A DNA stretch of 64,000 bases from a virus (taxonomy: Duplodnaviria > Caudoviricetes), in IMG/VR virus record IMGVR_UViG_2576861453_000002. One strand, 5' to 3'. Both the position numbers and the translations under genes were made by a program. The notes below the pieces were generated by a model. The model was not told the DNA's origin and did not search any database. It saw nothing but the letters and a program-made list of their open reading frames with translations. Of the stretch, positions 18,852 through 29,414 are shown one piece after another (within the stretch, counting starts at the first letter, position 1; the number at the start of each line of letters is the position of its first letter).

Positions 18852-19772
18852 TCATTGGATACTCGCATTATCTTTATTAGGTATATTATTTGAGACAGGA
18901 GAGTAATTTACTATTAGAGTAATCCCATTCTTTTTATCCAATGACATGAATATACTAGTCACGTCACTATATTCGTCAGCACCCCATAAATATAAGACAT
19001 TAGTTATTTTACCTAAGTTACCTCTAAATCCTCCTATTTCTGAGGCCATCTTTTTAAAATTAACTGTGTTATATGGGTATCTAGCCACAACAGAATCCAA
19101 GTATCCCTCAAAACCGCAATATTCGACATCTGATAATGAATTTATTGTTTTGAATAACTCTTCTTTTTGCAATACAAAACATGACTCGCCATTATTTTTT
19201 TGTTTTCCATTTTTTAGATTTAAAACAAGTTCATTTGTTAATTTTCCGAAGGGATATGTCCCGACCAGTGTCACGAATGGTAAGTTTTCAGGGGCACCTC
19301 TCCATTTTGAACCATCTAAATTGAATTTGAATTGTGTTGGCCCCTCTCTATAAACGGGGACCTCCACTATCATTGTTTTAGATAAATAAATACTCTCTGC
19401 GAATCCTCTAGGCTCTTCAACTGCTGCAACATTCGAGTTATCTTTTCCGATTCTAAGGTTTAGTTCAATTATATTCCCATTATCAAATTTAGCATGAGCC
19501 TTACAGTTATCTTCTTGTTGGCAAAAAAATTGGCCTTTCGTTAAGAAAAATCCTGATTTTTTCGTTATTTTATCATCTTGGCTTATCATAACAATGCTTA
19601 GTTTTGAACCGCCATTATATGGAAATTGGAACTCTTTTGAATTAAGCGATTCTAGATAGGCTGAATATTCTCTTACCCCCCTCATTTCATCTTTAGTTTC
19701 TTTATAATCCCAAGCATCCACCCGAATAGAAATAAAAAACAAGACTAGAGTTAATAAGTTAATTATCTTCAT
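18852..19772 (-). CDS. exported hypothetical protein (AT-rich moron)
   Basis: Signal peptide ending VDA; 306 aa. Confidence 0.7.
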   Translation of the reverse strand: MKIINLLTLVLFFISIRVDAWDYKETKDEMRGVREYSAYLESLNSKEFQFPYNGGSKLSIVMISQDDKITKKSGFFLTKGQFFCQQEDNCKAHAKFDNGNIIELNLRIGKDNSNVAAVEEPRGFAESIYLSKTMIVEVPVYREGPTQFKFNLDGSKWRGAPENLPFVTLVGTYPFGKLTNELVLNLKNGKQKNNGESCFVLQKEELFKTINSLSDVEYCGFEGYLDSVVARYPYNTVNFKKMASEIGGFRGNLGKITNVLYLWGADEYSDVTSIFMSLDKKNGITLIVNYSPVSNNIPNKDNASIQ

Positions 19773-19820
19773 TTTAATGGCCCACCTATGGCATCACATC
19801 ACGAAAACTCATAGATTTTT

Positions 19821-20153
19821 TCACAGACAGTTACGCGCTGACTCAAGCCACCCATCAGCCAACCACACCGGTTGCAGGTGCGTCCGCACCACTGAACCGC
19901 TGTCTGTTTTATCGACATCGGTGAGCGCTATAACACCAGTAAATGTAACGCTCACTGAAATTCTATAGCCATTCTCAGTCTCGATGCTCGTTGTCGCTGG
20001 ATTAAGCCTTTGCCATGCGGGAGCAAGACATAGTGCATACTCTCTCGGTGTTTTTGATGTTTTGACTTCCAGGGCGGGTTTTTTGTTTTCCAAGCCAGAC
20101 ATTGAGCATCCCGTCAAAACAATGACAGCCAGACACAACAAAGATATTTTCAT
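19821..20153 (-). CDS. lipoprotein
   Basis: Lipobox LTGC after a hydrophobic stretch. Confidence 0.8.
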   Translation of the reverse strand: MKISLLCLAVIVLTGCSMSGLENKKPALEVKTSKTPREYALCLAPAWQRLNPATTSIETENGYRISVSVTFTGVIALTDVDKTDSGSVVRTHLQPVWLADGWLESARNCL

Positions 20154-20234
20154 TGATAACCCTTACCGTTACATTTCGCAACAGCATATCACCAGACAAA
20201 AGTAACGTAACGCAAATTGTAAGTAAGCTTGCGA

Positions 20235-20798
20235 TCAACTCTTGTCAGTTATCAACCCTTGGGAAATAACATGAGACCCCACGCGCATCCTGCCGTAAAG
20301 CAACGGCACCGGGTCGCCCTGTCCCACAACGTTTTCTAGTGAGCTAAAGTAGTTGTTCGCTTCGCCATTGTCGGCGTTCGAGGACGAGCTGGTCTTCGGG
20401 GTTCGAGTAAGCATCTGGGCTACGCCGCCAGCCATCAATCCAATGCCTGTTGCAATTAAGGGCGCGCCAAATGGAGTGCCCGATAACCAAACCCCCACGG
20501 CGACTAACGCAGTCCCCAGAATGGTCTGAAACAAGCCACCACTCTTTGCCCCGGCCACCACCGGCGTGATCCGCACCTCGGTATCTTTCCCAATTTTGGC
20601 GTGCATACCCTTTTCAAGCGTATCCATACTCAGGCTTTTTTTGCCTACCCGGACCCGATAACGCCCCTCGCTTATGTGCTGGCGTAAGCCGGGAATTTGA
20701 ATTAACAGTCCTCGCAGCGCTTCCGCTCCAGTATCTACGACCATGTCGAAGTGAGAACCAAATCGTTTGAGATCCCCGTCAAATCGGACTCGTGCCAT
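20235..20798 (-). CDS. tail assembly protein I
   Basis: Ubiquitin-like N-terminus ending PVVAGAK; GDPVPLLYGRMRVGS. Confidence 0.92.
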   Translation of the reverse strand: MARVRFDGDLKRFGSHFDMVVDTGAEALRGLLIQIPGLRQHISEGRYRVRVGKKSLSMDTLEKGMHAKIGKDTEVRITPVVAGAKSGGLFQTILGTALVAVGVWLSGTPFGAPLIATGIGLMAGGVAQMLTRTPKTSSSSNADNGEANNYFSSLENVVGQGDPVPLLYGRMRVGSHVISQGLITDKS

Positions 20799-21478
20799 TT
20801 ATCATATCTCCAGGTGGAATGGGTGATTTTTTTCCAGAAACCCCCGTAGCAATCACGCTTACTCAGGGTATTAGGTCGTTGGTGCAAGATAAGCTGTTCA
20901 CCGATGTAAATTGCCGAATGCGTCGCTTTTGGTACCGTCTGGCCGGCAAGGTCAAGGCACATCAGAAAGACATCTCCCGGCAGAACTTCGGCGTCGTCAG
21001 CAAGTCGCGTAAAGCCGTTGGCGGCCATATTGGCGATGTATAAATCCTCCTCGCCTTTCCACCAGCCATCGTTACGCTCGAAATAAGGTAGTTCGTGGCC
21101 GCAGAGGTGATAGGCGTCTCGCATTAGCGTGTAGCAGTCCATAACGCCATGCTCAAACGTACGCCCTATCAGGCGCGGTACGTTGCGAAATTTCCGTATC
21201 TCTTCATCACATACAAGCCACCATGGCAAACCACTTCGACGCTGTGCTATCCGGTCTGCCTCACTGAGAAATGGGTTCCCGTCAGGATGACTATGTACAA
21301 TGGCTTCTATCTCGCCCTTGTCTTCTGCCGCAGCCCAACTAACAGGGTCTATCTCAAAATGATTATCCGGGTCGGCTGCAATGTTTCTGCAAGGAAAATA
21401 CTGGCCCGCTACAATCAAACCGCAGCACTCAGCCGGAGCGCATGCCTCAGCATGAGCTAAAATGTCATCGTCTATCAT
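20735..21478 (-). CDS. tail assembly protein K (JAB + NlpC/P60)
   Basis: ECCG, VHSHP…SEAD and DCYTL motifs. Confidence 0.93.
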   Translation of the reverse strand: MIDDDILAHAEACAPAECCGLIVAGQYFPCRNIAADPDNHFEIDPVSWAAAEDKGEIEAIVHSHPDGNPFLSEADRIAQRRSGLPWWLVCDEEIRKFRNVPRLIGRTFEHGVMDCYTLMRDAYHLCGHELPYFERNDGWWKGEEDLYIANMAANGFTRLADDAEVLPGDVFLMCLDLAGQTVPKATHSAIYIGEQLILHQRPNTLSKRDCYGGFWKKITHSTWRYDKWHESDLTGISNDLVLTSTWS

Positions 21479-21487
21479 GAGGGCCTG

Positions 21488-22192
21488 CTATTTGATTTTA
21501 TTTGCTGCCGGGAAAGCGGAGGTATTAAGCGGACTTGTTGCGCCGAAACGCAGCTTGCAGGAGCCTAGCCGCTTGCCGCATTTGTCTTTGGTGCCGTCCG
21601 AGGTTGGCTGATCGAACTCATCCGCTACCGGGCCGCCGGTATAGCCACAATCTGCTGACCGGTAAACCCATTGGCAAACATCTGCCAGAATCGTTCTGGC
21701 AGGCAATAACGCGCCATCTGTCTCGCATGGCAAGCAAAGTGTATAAGTAACAAATTCCGCTTGTTGCGCGGTGCATTGTTCTATTTCATATCGGTTTACC
21801 GATTCCATTGTCGGATCTGCTTGCGGATTGCCGTTATCGAAGTTCTCAGCGTCTAGATACTGCTCGTAAACTTCCCGCCGCGTCACTATCGCTCCGACTG
21901 CATCGTCGAAATCCTGATTGATGCCAGTAATCAGGCCGCTTATATTCGCCAGGGTCAAAGTTGGTCGGTTGCTGGTTCCCTTACCGTTAGCCTCAAACCC
22001 TGACGCCTCTACAGGATAAGGCTGATAAGTGTTCCCCTGCCACACCACCGATTGCCGCAACCCATTAAGGCCCGAATGAAACCTGTATAAGTCGCCGCCG
22101 ATGTAACTTAAATCGACTTCATAAAGCACCAGCAGCGCATCTTGCTCAATATTCTGAACATCGATACGCATCCCGGCTGGGATATCGCGCAT
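21488..22192 (-). CDS. minor tail protein L
   Basis: VVWQGNTYQPYP; C-terminal CQW…CGY…DKCGK…C cysteines. Confidence 0.93.
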   Translation of the reverse strand: MRDIPAGMRIDVQNIEQDALLVLYEVDLSYIGGDLYRFHSGLNGLRQSVVWQGNTYQPYPVEASGFEANGKGTSNRPTLTLANISGLITGINQDFDDAVGAIVTRREVYEQYLDAENFDNGNPQADPTMESVNRYEIEQCTAQQAEFVTYTLCLPCETDGALLPARTILADVCQWVYRSADCGYTGGPVADEFDQPTSDGTKDKCGKRLGSCKLRFGATSPLNTSAFPAANKIK

Positions 22193-22213
22193 TGATTCCT
22201 CCGTACTGCATCA

Positions 22214-22543
22214 CTAGGCAACCACTTCCTGAAACGTGGCCGTGATAGTTTCCCAAAGCCCATTAACCTTGCGGCTCCATGTAGCGCACTTGAAAGTGCG
22301 AGGCGTCCACTTATCCTGCGCCTTCCAGGTGAACGCCTCTACACCTCCCCGCTCGGTGAGGAAATTTTCGATGTGATCGATGTAGTCAGCGTCACCCGTA
22401 AAGGTTAAGGAGTAAGAACGCAAGTCACTGTTGATGCCGTTCTTCTGGCGCTGCTCGTAGCCGTCCCCATAGCTGACCACTCGCACTCTCGGTTCAACTG
22501 TAGAGGTGAAATCCTGGTCTGGAAGCCACTGAAATTCATACAT
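22214..22543 (-). CDS. distal tail protein M
   Basis: YGDGYEQR…GIN…FL…GG…F.W. Confidence 0.92.
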   Translation of the reverse strand: MYEFQWLPDQDFTSTVEPRVRVVSYGDGYEQRQKNGINSDLRSYSLTFTGDADYIDHIENFLTERGGVEAFTWKAQDKWTPRTFKCATWSRKVNGLWETITATFQEVVA

Positions 22544-22595
22544 ATCTTAACCTTAAATTGGTATGCTATCTCAGCCCACAAAAGAGGATTCGTAA

Positions 22596-22805
22596 ATGCA
22601 ACTCAAGTTATGGAAAGTGTCGCACCCGGTAAGAAATGAAAATTCTAATAGTCAAATAACTGTCGAATTAGTCATCTTATCCAAGGAGTCATTTGACTCA
22701 GTTTTCGATGGCGTTTTATAAATCAAGTTGCCTTATGACCAAACAATGTCACTTGAACAAATAGAATCCGCCGCAATAAAATTAGCCCTAGATGCACTGT
22801 CCTGA
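22596..22805 (+). pseudogene. small moron ORF with an in-frame stop
   Basis: GAGGA RBS; 69-codon frame interrupted by TAA at 22719-22721. Confidence 0.45.
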
Positions 22806-22830
22806 GCATTGGGCGCTATATGCGCCCGTC

Positions 22831-25800
22831 TTAGGCCCTCAATATTCCTCCATCACGCTGCTGATTTAGCAAGGCACTATTTATCCGACTATCTACCATT
22901 CTCTGAAGTGTCTTTAGAAGGTTGTCGTTGTTTTGCTGTTGTTGATCATTGGTGTTTCCACGCTGATCAACATTAAGTGTAATTGGTGCGTTAAGGGTCA
23001 CCCCTGCACCGCCAACACCTTTAGCCCTCACGCCCAATGAACCATCAGAACTCCGTTTCAAGGGCAAAATAGCCTCCGGTCCTGCTTCACCCATCACTCC
23101 GCCGCCGTTCGCGAAGGCGAAGAACGTCGGCTTGCTAACCACCCTCCCGCTGTATGCGCTCAGGCTGGGAGAGTCGTAAACGCCGCCTTTGGCATTGAGG
23201 CTCAGATTGTTATAAGCACCAGTATTGAAACCAGTACTTGCTGAAGCGCTGCCGCCCGCAGCAGAGGACGCGGCACTACCTACCAAACCGAAGAGGCTTT
23301 GCAATGCCGATGACGAAGCCGAACGGATGGCGATGCGCGCCATATCGTTAAGCACCGATGTGGCAAAGCTGCTAAAGCTCGCCTTACCCGTCGTCACGAA
23401 CGAAACAAGACTATCTTCCATACTACTAAAGGCATTAGTAAAAGCGTCCTTAGTCTGCCCGGCGATATTCTTGGCAGAATCGATGTAATTCTGATATGCA
23501 GCGGTGGCCCCATTCGTCCAATCACCTTGTAGCGCATCCAATTGGGCATAGGAATCGCTTTGCTGTTTTAGACGTGCATCAAGCTGAGATTTGATATTTG
23601 CCGTTTCTTGCTTATAGGCATCAGATTCTAAGAGCGATTTAGGGGTAGCCTTGTCTAGTTGCTCTTGATAGCGCTGAAATTCTTTGTAAATACTGGCAGT
23701 GCTTTCGGTACGTTCAACCTCCTTATCACCTTTGCCATATGCATTGAGCTGACGCTGATATTGCTCTCCAGCTCCGTTATAAGCTGAAGCCATGGACTCG
23801 TTAAGTTGAGCCGATCTCTCTTCCAGCTTCTGCAATGCTTCCCGCTGTTGTATTCGCTGGGCCAATGCCGCATTTTGCTCGTAGGCACCCCGCAAAGCGT
23901 CTTCATTTGCGAGTATGCTTTTCTGCTCTGCGGTTAATATTGACTTGCTTTTCAGATCGGCAATCTGCTGGTTGAATTTAACTAGCGCCTGCTCTGATGT
24001 AGAAAGCTTGTCTGTGGTAGCGAGTTGGGCCTCAAGCGTGGCGTGTTGCTCCTGCAACTGTAATAGCTCGCGAGTAGCAGCACTGTCAGTAACAGCTTTT
24101 TCCTTCGGGGTTTTGGGGTCCTTATATTTGTCACTGATTTGCTGGCGAATCTGATCAGCCGTTACACCATCAGGAAGAATTCCACCGTTCTGAAGGTTTT
24201 TCTCAAATGCATCCAGCTCCTTTTTGCGCTGCTGTGCCTTAGTCATGACGGTGTCATACGTCGAGTTTATGGCCTTCGTAGCTTGTATGGCCTGTTCCTC
24301 AAAGTATTGACGAGTTTGGTTTGTGGCCGCTTTGTTTAGATCACGCTGATTGTCAGCTAACGCACTCTGCAATTCACTTTGTGCGGCGGCAAGCTGTTCC
24401 TTGAATCGCGCCTTTGCATTTCCGACACCAGCAGTTGCCATGCCTCCTTGTGACGTATCAATTGATTCTAATCCGCTTAAGCTAGCTTGTAGATTATTGA
24501 CTTTCGCAGTTGCTTCTTTAACCCGATCTGCAGGTGTTTGAGTCCTGCCGATATCGAGCATTGCATCCCAGGCACCCTTAGCGGCATTTGCTACGGTGTC
24601 CCACGCCGACTCTAAGGCACCCAGATTTTGCTTCACCTCAGCAGCAGCTTTTTGCTGGGCGGAAGCATATGCGCTTACAGCCACCGCAGCGGCTTGTTGT
24701 GTATTTCCCTGACGTTCAAGCGCCGCTATCTGCTCGTAAACAGAAGCGGTCAGGTAATGATATTGGTCGTTTAGGGTTTCTGAAGCGCGAACCGGATCTT
24801 GCTCCAACTTCTTAAAATCAGAGATAGTTTCATCAATGCTTTTACCTGTAGCGTCTTGCATCGCCACAGCCGCCTGCGCCACCATCTTGAGCTGATCGCC
24901 GCTAAAAGCACCGGTATTTAAAGCTGCAGTTAAAGCCTTTGCGGCATTAGCTGTAGTGCCGATATTTGAGCTGATCGATTTAGACATATCAGCGAGTTGG
25001 CTAGCAGAAATGCCGGCATAGTTACCAGTGGTGATGATCGCCTGATTGAAGGCGTCCATTTCACCTTGGCCTTTTTTATAGGCCAGCGCCAGCGCACCTG
25101 CTGTGACTGCAAGCGCCGTGATACCTAACGTTAGGGGATTGATGAAACTTAACAGTGCCTTAGCTGCGTTGCCGACGCCACCAAATGAATCCTTGATTTG
25201 CCCACCCTGCTGTATAGCGACCAGCCACACGGGCATGCCAGAGGCTAAAGAGGTCACCACATCGGTGATTTGCATCGGAAGATAGCGCATTGCCTGAGCG
25301 TACTGTTTGGCGCTGAGGGTTGCAGCTTTGATCGTTCCGTTCTGCTGATTCAATTTCTGAATGTATGGCGCCACTTGGGCAGAAACACCTAGCTGTGCGG
25401 CTTTGTATTCCAGCAATTCGGCCGTGGTCATTCCCATGGTGTCGGATTGCTGTTTAAGGCTTGCGATAAATGATTCTTTTGCTGTTTGTGCCCGCTGATC
25501 CGCTGCGGCCGATTCCCTCGCTGCTTTCGCTGCGGCTTGGCCCTCAGCTGTTGAGGCAAGCGCCGCCTGCTCAAGTTGGGTGCGCATCTGTTCAATCTTA
25601 GCGGAATACTCAGCCAGATCTTCGCCGCCAAGCAGTCCAGAGGCGCCAAAGCCTTTAAGCTGCTTTTCCATCTCATCTAACCGACCATAGGCACCGACAA
25701 CCGGATCGATTTTCCCCAAAAGTGACACTAGAGCAGATTGTTGTTCTGCCAAGCTCGAATTAACGGCCTTGCCTGACTTGGCAGCGGCTATGGCGCTTCT

Positions 25801-26010
25801 ATTCATTTCCTCAGTTTGACGCGTCCATCCTGCCGCCGCAGTTGACGCGCGACGAGCGGCGCTATCAGTTTTGGCAAATTCACTGGCTAACGAGCTGGCA
25901 ACGCCTTCCGCCTTTTCTCCTGCTCCCGTCAGCCTATCCAGTGAATCCGCCGCTTTAGCTACGCCATCTTGCTGAACCTTAATGATTAGGGCGGCTGTTT
26001 CTTGCGGCAT
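22831..26010 (-). CDS. tape measure protein
   Basis: ~1060 aa, Ala/Gln-rich; lambda H-like QQGGQIKDSFGG; MGEAGPEAILPL. Confidence 0.95.
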   Translation of the reverse strand: MPQETAALIIKVQQDGVAKAADSLDRLTGAGEKAEGVASSLASEFAKTDSAARRASTAAAGWTRQTEEMNRSAIAAAKSGKAVNSSLAEQQSALVSLLGKIDPVVGAYGRLDEMEKQLKGFGASGLLGGEDLAEYSAKIEQMRTQLEQAALASTAEGQAAAKAARESAAADQRAQTAKESFIASLKQQSDTMGMTTAELLEYKAAQLGVSAQVAPYIQKLNQQNGTIKAATLSAKQYAQAMRYLPMQITDVVTSLASGMPVWLVAIQQGGQIKDSFGGVGNAAKALLSFINPLTLGITALAVTAGALALAYKKGQGEMDAFNQAIITTGNYAGISASQLADMSKSISSNIGTTANAAKALTAALNTGAFSGDQLKMVAQAAVAMQDATGKSIDETISDFKKLEQDPVRASETLNDQYHYLTASVYEQIAALERQGNTQQAAAVAVSAYASAQQKAAAEVKQNLGALESAWDTVANAAKGAWDAMLDIGRTQTPADRVKEATAKVNNLQASLSGLESIDTSQGGMATAGVGNAKARFKEQLAAAQSELQSALADNQRDLNKAATNQTRQYFEEQAIQATKAINSTYDTVMTKAQQRKKELDAFEKNLQNGGILPDGVTADQIRQQISDKYKDPKTPKEKAVTDSAATRELLQLQEQHATLEAQLATTDKLSTSEQALVKFNQQIADLKSKSILTAEQKSILANEDALRGAYEQNAALAQRIQQREALQKLEERSAQLNESMASAYNGAGEQYQRQLNAYGKGDKEVERTESTASIYKEFQRYQEQLDKATPKSLLESDAYKQETANIKSQLDARLKQQSDSYAQLDALQGDWTNGATAAYQNYIDSAKNIAGQTKDAFTNAFSSMEDSLVSFVTTGKASFSSFATSVLNDMARIAIRSASSSALQSLFGLVGSAASSAAGGSASASTGFNTGAYNNLSLNAKGGVYDSPSLSAYSGRVVSKPTFFAFANGGGVMGEAGPEAILPLKRSSDGSLGVRAKGVGGAGVTLNAPITLNVDQRGNTNDQQQQNNDNLLKTLQRMVDSRINSALLNQQRDGGILRA

Positions 26011-26083
26011 GTGGGGATCTCCAGACAATAAAAAACCCCGCTTCAGCAGGGTTTTAATTAATTATGCTTTTTTAGAACGGGAT

Positions 26084-26440
26084 TTACTTGAGTAAGTTAG
26101 TAATGATGATCGTGGCTGCGGTTTTGATCGAATCTACTGTTAATTCAATTCCCTTTGACTTAACAAGCGCTACTGTTTTGCTCCAAACATTATTCGACCT
26201 GATATTATCCAGAAAATCATGCCCCTCAAATGTTAACCCTGTCGTGTAATATGCAGAAGAAGCTAATGTTGAAACGTCAATAATTTCAAGCAATCCCGCC
26301 TGACCAAGTATCTTGATATGATAGTTAACCAATTCGGATGATACTTCTGGAAAATCCTCGTCTGTAACCACTTCGCTTCTCTCTGAGAGATTTTCCGCTT
26401 TCAACATGATACTTCTGACCAGATCCCAGTCCCTTTTCAT
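26084..26440 (-). CDS. DUF2513-like winged-helix protein (moron)
   Basis: MKRDWDLVRSI…LTFEGHDFLDNIR. Confidence 0.8.
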   Translation of the reverse strand: MKRDWDLVRSIMLKAENLSERSEVVTDEDFPEVSSELVNYHIKILGQAGLLEIIDVSTLASSAYYTTGLTFEGHDFLDNIRSNNVWSKTVALVKSKGIELTVDSIKTAATIIITNLLK

Positions 26441-26494
26441 CGCATCACCCATGAACTAAAATAATTACCATCATAATACTACCAAACGGCATGT

Positions 26495-27195
26495 TCAAAA
26501 TAGCTTTGGTACGTCTTTCATGACCTCATAGGCCATGTCCATGATGATCTCGACTTCGGCAGGGGTTGGACGGTTGCCGGTTAACTCCGTCCAGGCTTTT
26601 AGCTCCGAGTAAGTCAGCTCTCCGCCAGAGCCGCGCATAAGGTCAATGAACCATCCCCAAAGATATCCAGTACCTTCTGGCAGGTTTGGCGGATTGACCA
26701 TGAGATCAGGCGTGATGCCAAGTTTCATCGCTGCCTGATAATGCTCTCTTAGGCTCTTTCCATCCTTTTGCCTTTTGTCGAGCTTTCGCTGGAATTCTGT
26801 GTAACGGACGAGTCCAGCGGCTTTTTTTTAAAAAACTCTGCCCGGTTAGCAGCAAAGTTATTGATACGGTCTTTGAGATATGGTGATTCAGTAAGCAATA
26901 GCTTCAGGTTCTCGGGCGTCAACTCTTCTTCCAGGGACCAATCGATAATGAGTGCCTGGAACTGTTTAAACTCGTTCTCTTCATCAAACTCTTTCGTGAA
27001 CGCCTTATCTTTAAGTTGCTGAGGAGTCAGATCGAATACTGCGCGGCTTGCTTCAGTTTTCGCGGCGCGGAACTCATCACTGTCTATGCCGCGAACAAGT
27101 AAATATTCTTGCGTTGGGGTACCATCAGGGAGGGTCAGGAAAAGTTTCTTGCCCTCATTTGCGGCACCGCGTGTAGCGAAATCACTTAGTTTCAT
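26495..27195 (-). CDS. tail assembly chaperones G (26749-27195) and GT via -1 frameshift
   Basis: Slippery TTT TTT AAA AAA AAG at 26821-26835; the -1 frame reads open into ORF 26495-26728. Confidence 0.85.
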
Positions 27196-27237
27196 TAATA
27201 ACTCCATTGGGAAAACCCGGCTAACCGGGCATTAAGA

Positions 27238-28182
27238 TTAAGAGCCTTGACCGTCTGCGGTGCGGGTGATCTGAAGAAGAATGCCGGTTGCTTTGTCTTC
27301 ATAAGCGGTGAAATCAAAAGTGAGTGCCTGAAAAGCGTCGGCCTCAGCCAATGCTTCTGAGGAAAACTTAATGCGGGGAAGCAGAAAGGTATACGCCCCA
27401 CCCTGCCCGCTTAGCGTAAACTCAAGCGAGATATCGGAATGGTCGTAGAACATCTGCGACAAATCTTCGTTCTGATACAGAAAGGTAATCGACCCTGTAG
27501 TAGCGGCATTAGTTGAACCACTGGCCGCAACGCCGCGTTGCCCGTAAACGTGGGCCTGTGATATGCCATTATCGATGTTCAACGAAACAGACGTAACCGC
27601 ATTAGATGCCACACCATTTACCTTAATGGCCGCCGTCAAGGTTGCATTTTCGCCCGTAGAGTCGAACGGATCATTATTCTCTGGCTCGGCATATGTAGCT
27701 CCCGAGATAGCGGAAGCCCCATAGAGCACGGACGCGCCCATAATGCCGAAATCAGCAGTTACTATGGCATTAGGTGCCGCCGTTAGAGCAAATGTGTTAA
27801 CCAGACATCCTGGGTAGCGGCGTAAAGTATCGATGTCGGTTTGCTTTCGCTCAATCGTAAAAGATTTTTTGGTGGCGCCGATGACCAAAACATCATCGTT
27901 CCACGTGTTAAATAACAAGCTTTGCAACAGATAGTCGAAATCACCATACGCGAATTCGGTATTAAGTGTTCCTGACGAACTTTCGGAGCCACGGGCGGAG
28001 AAGATCGCCTTTCGGTCGCTCCTGACCTGGTTGGAACTCAGTTCATCTCGGGTTAGTGTTAATTCGCCGGGCGTTTTGGGAATGCGGATAAAGGCTGGTG
28101 TTGCCGGCGTATCCCCTTCAATAGTTTCAGGCACCAGCCAGTAATCGACCTGTTTGGCTCCAGCAGCAGCTACCATAACCAT
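27238..28182 (-). CDS. major tail tube protein
   Basis: Lies between terminator and chaperone genes; KSFTIER…YPGC.V motif; ends …DGQGS. Confidence 0.88.
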   Translation of the reverse strand: MVMVAAAGAKQVDYWLVPETIEGDTPATPAFIRIPKTPGELTLTRDELSSNQVRSDRKAIFSARGSESSSGTLNTEFAYGDFDYLLQSLLFNTWNDDVLVIGATKKSFTIERKQTDIDTLRRYPGCLVNTFALTAAPNAIVTADFGIMGASVLYGASAISGATYAEPENNDPFDSTGENATLTAAIKVNGVASNAVTSVSLNIDNGISQAHVYGQRGVAASGSTNAATTGSITFLYQNEDLSQMFYDHSDISLEFTLSGQGGAYTFLLPRIKFSSEALAEADAFQALTFDFTAYEDKATGILLQITRTADGQGS

Positions 28183-28187
28183 AATTT

Positions 28188-28598
28188 TTAGCTCCGTAAT
28201 TCGTATGATGACCAATAAAAAGTCAGATGAGCGACCGCCCAGCCATCAACAGACTGCGGATCGGTGTATTCGCGGTTTTTGATGGTGACGCGAGTGTTGT
28301 TATAGGTGAGCACAGTCCCAATTTTAAACTGTCCCCGTAAAGTGTCGAAAATAGCCAGCATGGCGCCGTTGACACCCGCGCGGACCTTGCAAACGACATC
28401 AATCTGAACAAAGCCGCTGATCGAATCCAGACCACCTTGTCCAAAGGTTGTTGCAGTGTCGCCGGCAGGTGAAAAATAGAATCGAAGATAATCGCCATCT
28501 GGCGGATCAAACGACTCAAGCGGCCACGCCACCGGTACCGACAATGCAGCGGCCGCCGCTACCATGCGCGAGCGCAAAGCGGAGGAAATATCCTTCAC
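28188..28598 (-). CDS. tail terminator protein
   Basis: Synteny; FDPP…YLR…GFVQIDV. Confidence 0.75.
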   Translation of the reverse strand: MKDISSALRSRMVAAAAALSVPVAWPLESFDPPDGDYLRFYFSPAGDTATTFGQGGLDSISGFVQIDVVCKVRAGVNGAMLAIFDTLRGQFKIGTVLTYNNTRVTIKNREYTDPQSVDGWAVAHLTFYWSSYELRS

Positions 28599-28607
28599 GG
28601 GTTAGCC

Positions 28608-29057
28608 TCACTTAACGAGTATCATGGCCTTATTGAGGTTGGTGTTGATGCGGGACATGTTGCGGCGAACCATGCCAGCGGGCGCTTGAGTGGAATAGCC
28701 AGCTACTGTATGAGGCCCGTTTGCCGGATTTCCATTTTTGTCCTTCCATTCGCCATACTCGGCAACTTGGGCATAAGGCAAGTTGTTGGTCATATAGACC
28801 GTGAAATTACGCCCCTGGGCAAGCACGACGGTTGTCATTTTCTCTACCGTCTGAGCGCCGTCTTTGTCGTCTAATGCGAGTTGTCCGAATACAGGCGAAT
28901 CAGCGGAAACCTGCCAGTTGGCCCGGAGTCTGCCCGTATCAACCGGAGTATCAAGGATAATGCCGCGAAATAACGCTATGGCAGCCTCTTTACCGACGTA
29001 CTCAGAGCGCTTAATGGTTTCGCCGGACCATTTACCAATCGATGCGGAGAATCCCAT
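28608..29057 (-). CDS. HK97 gp10-like neck protein
   Basis: TPVDTGRLRANW…NNLPYA…EYG…QAPAGMV. Confidence 0.9.
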   Translation of the reverse strand: MGFSASIGKWSGETIKRSEYVGKEAAIALFRGIILDTPVDTGRLRANWQVSADSPVFGQLALDDKDGAQTVEKMTTVVLAQGRNFTVYMTNNLPYAQVAEYGEWKDKNGNPANGPHTVAGYSTQAPAGMVRRNMSRINTNLNKAMILVK

Positions 29058-29413
29058 TAGCGCCTCACTTGCAGCTGATAGCAGACCGTCACGTCAGCCG
29101 GAGTTTTGTCGCTGATGTTGATGATCCGCCATTTAGTTGTCCCGTCTTGGAGAAAATCACCGATAAGCGGCGTTGTATCGGCAGAGATAGTAACTTTCTT
29201 GTCGCTGGCGAGGATGAATGTGCCGTCAACCTCAACGCGGTTAAAGTCCTGCACTACGCCGATAACAGACAGCATTTGCGGCGGTTGAGTCACTGCATCA
29301 CCGGTCACCGGGTCAATCACAGAAGTGCCGGCGCGTTCGATGTACATCGTTTTACCGTATTTCGTCAGTAACCGTGTTGCGGTAGCCTGCATGCGTGGAT
29401 AAAAGGCCGCCAT
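29057..29413 (-). CDS. head closure protein
   Basis: Synteny; ATRLLTKYG…DGTFILASD. Confidence 0.75.
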   Translation of the reverse strand: MAAFYPRMQATATRLLTKYGKTMYIERAGTSVIDPVTGDAVTQPPQMLSVIGVVQDFNRVEVDGTFILASDKKVTISADTTPLIGDFLQDGTTKWRIINISDKTPADVTVCYQLQVRR

Positions 29414-29414
29414 A

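Noticed and set aside
20235-28598. C-terminal Ser of tail proteins I, K and the terminator as further glycosylation sites
   Set aside because: They end in Ser but lack a Gly-rich flexible linker; a terminal Ser alone is common by chance.
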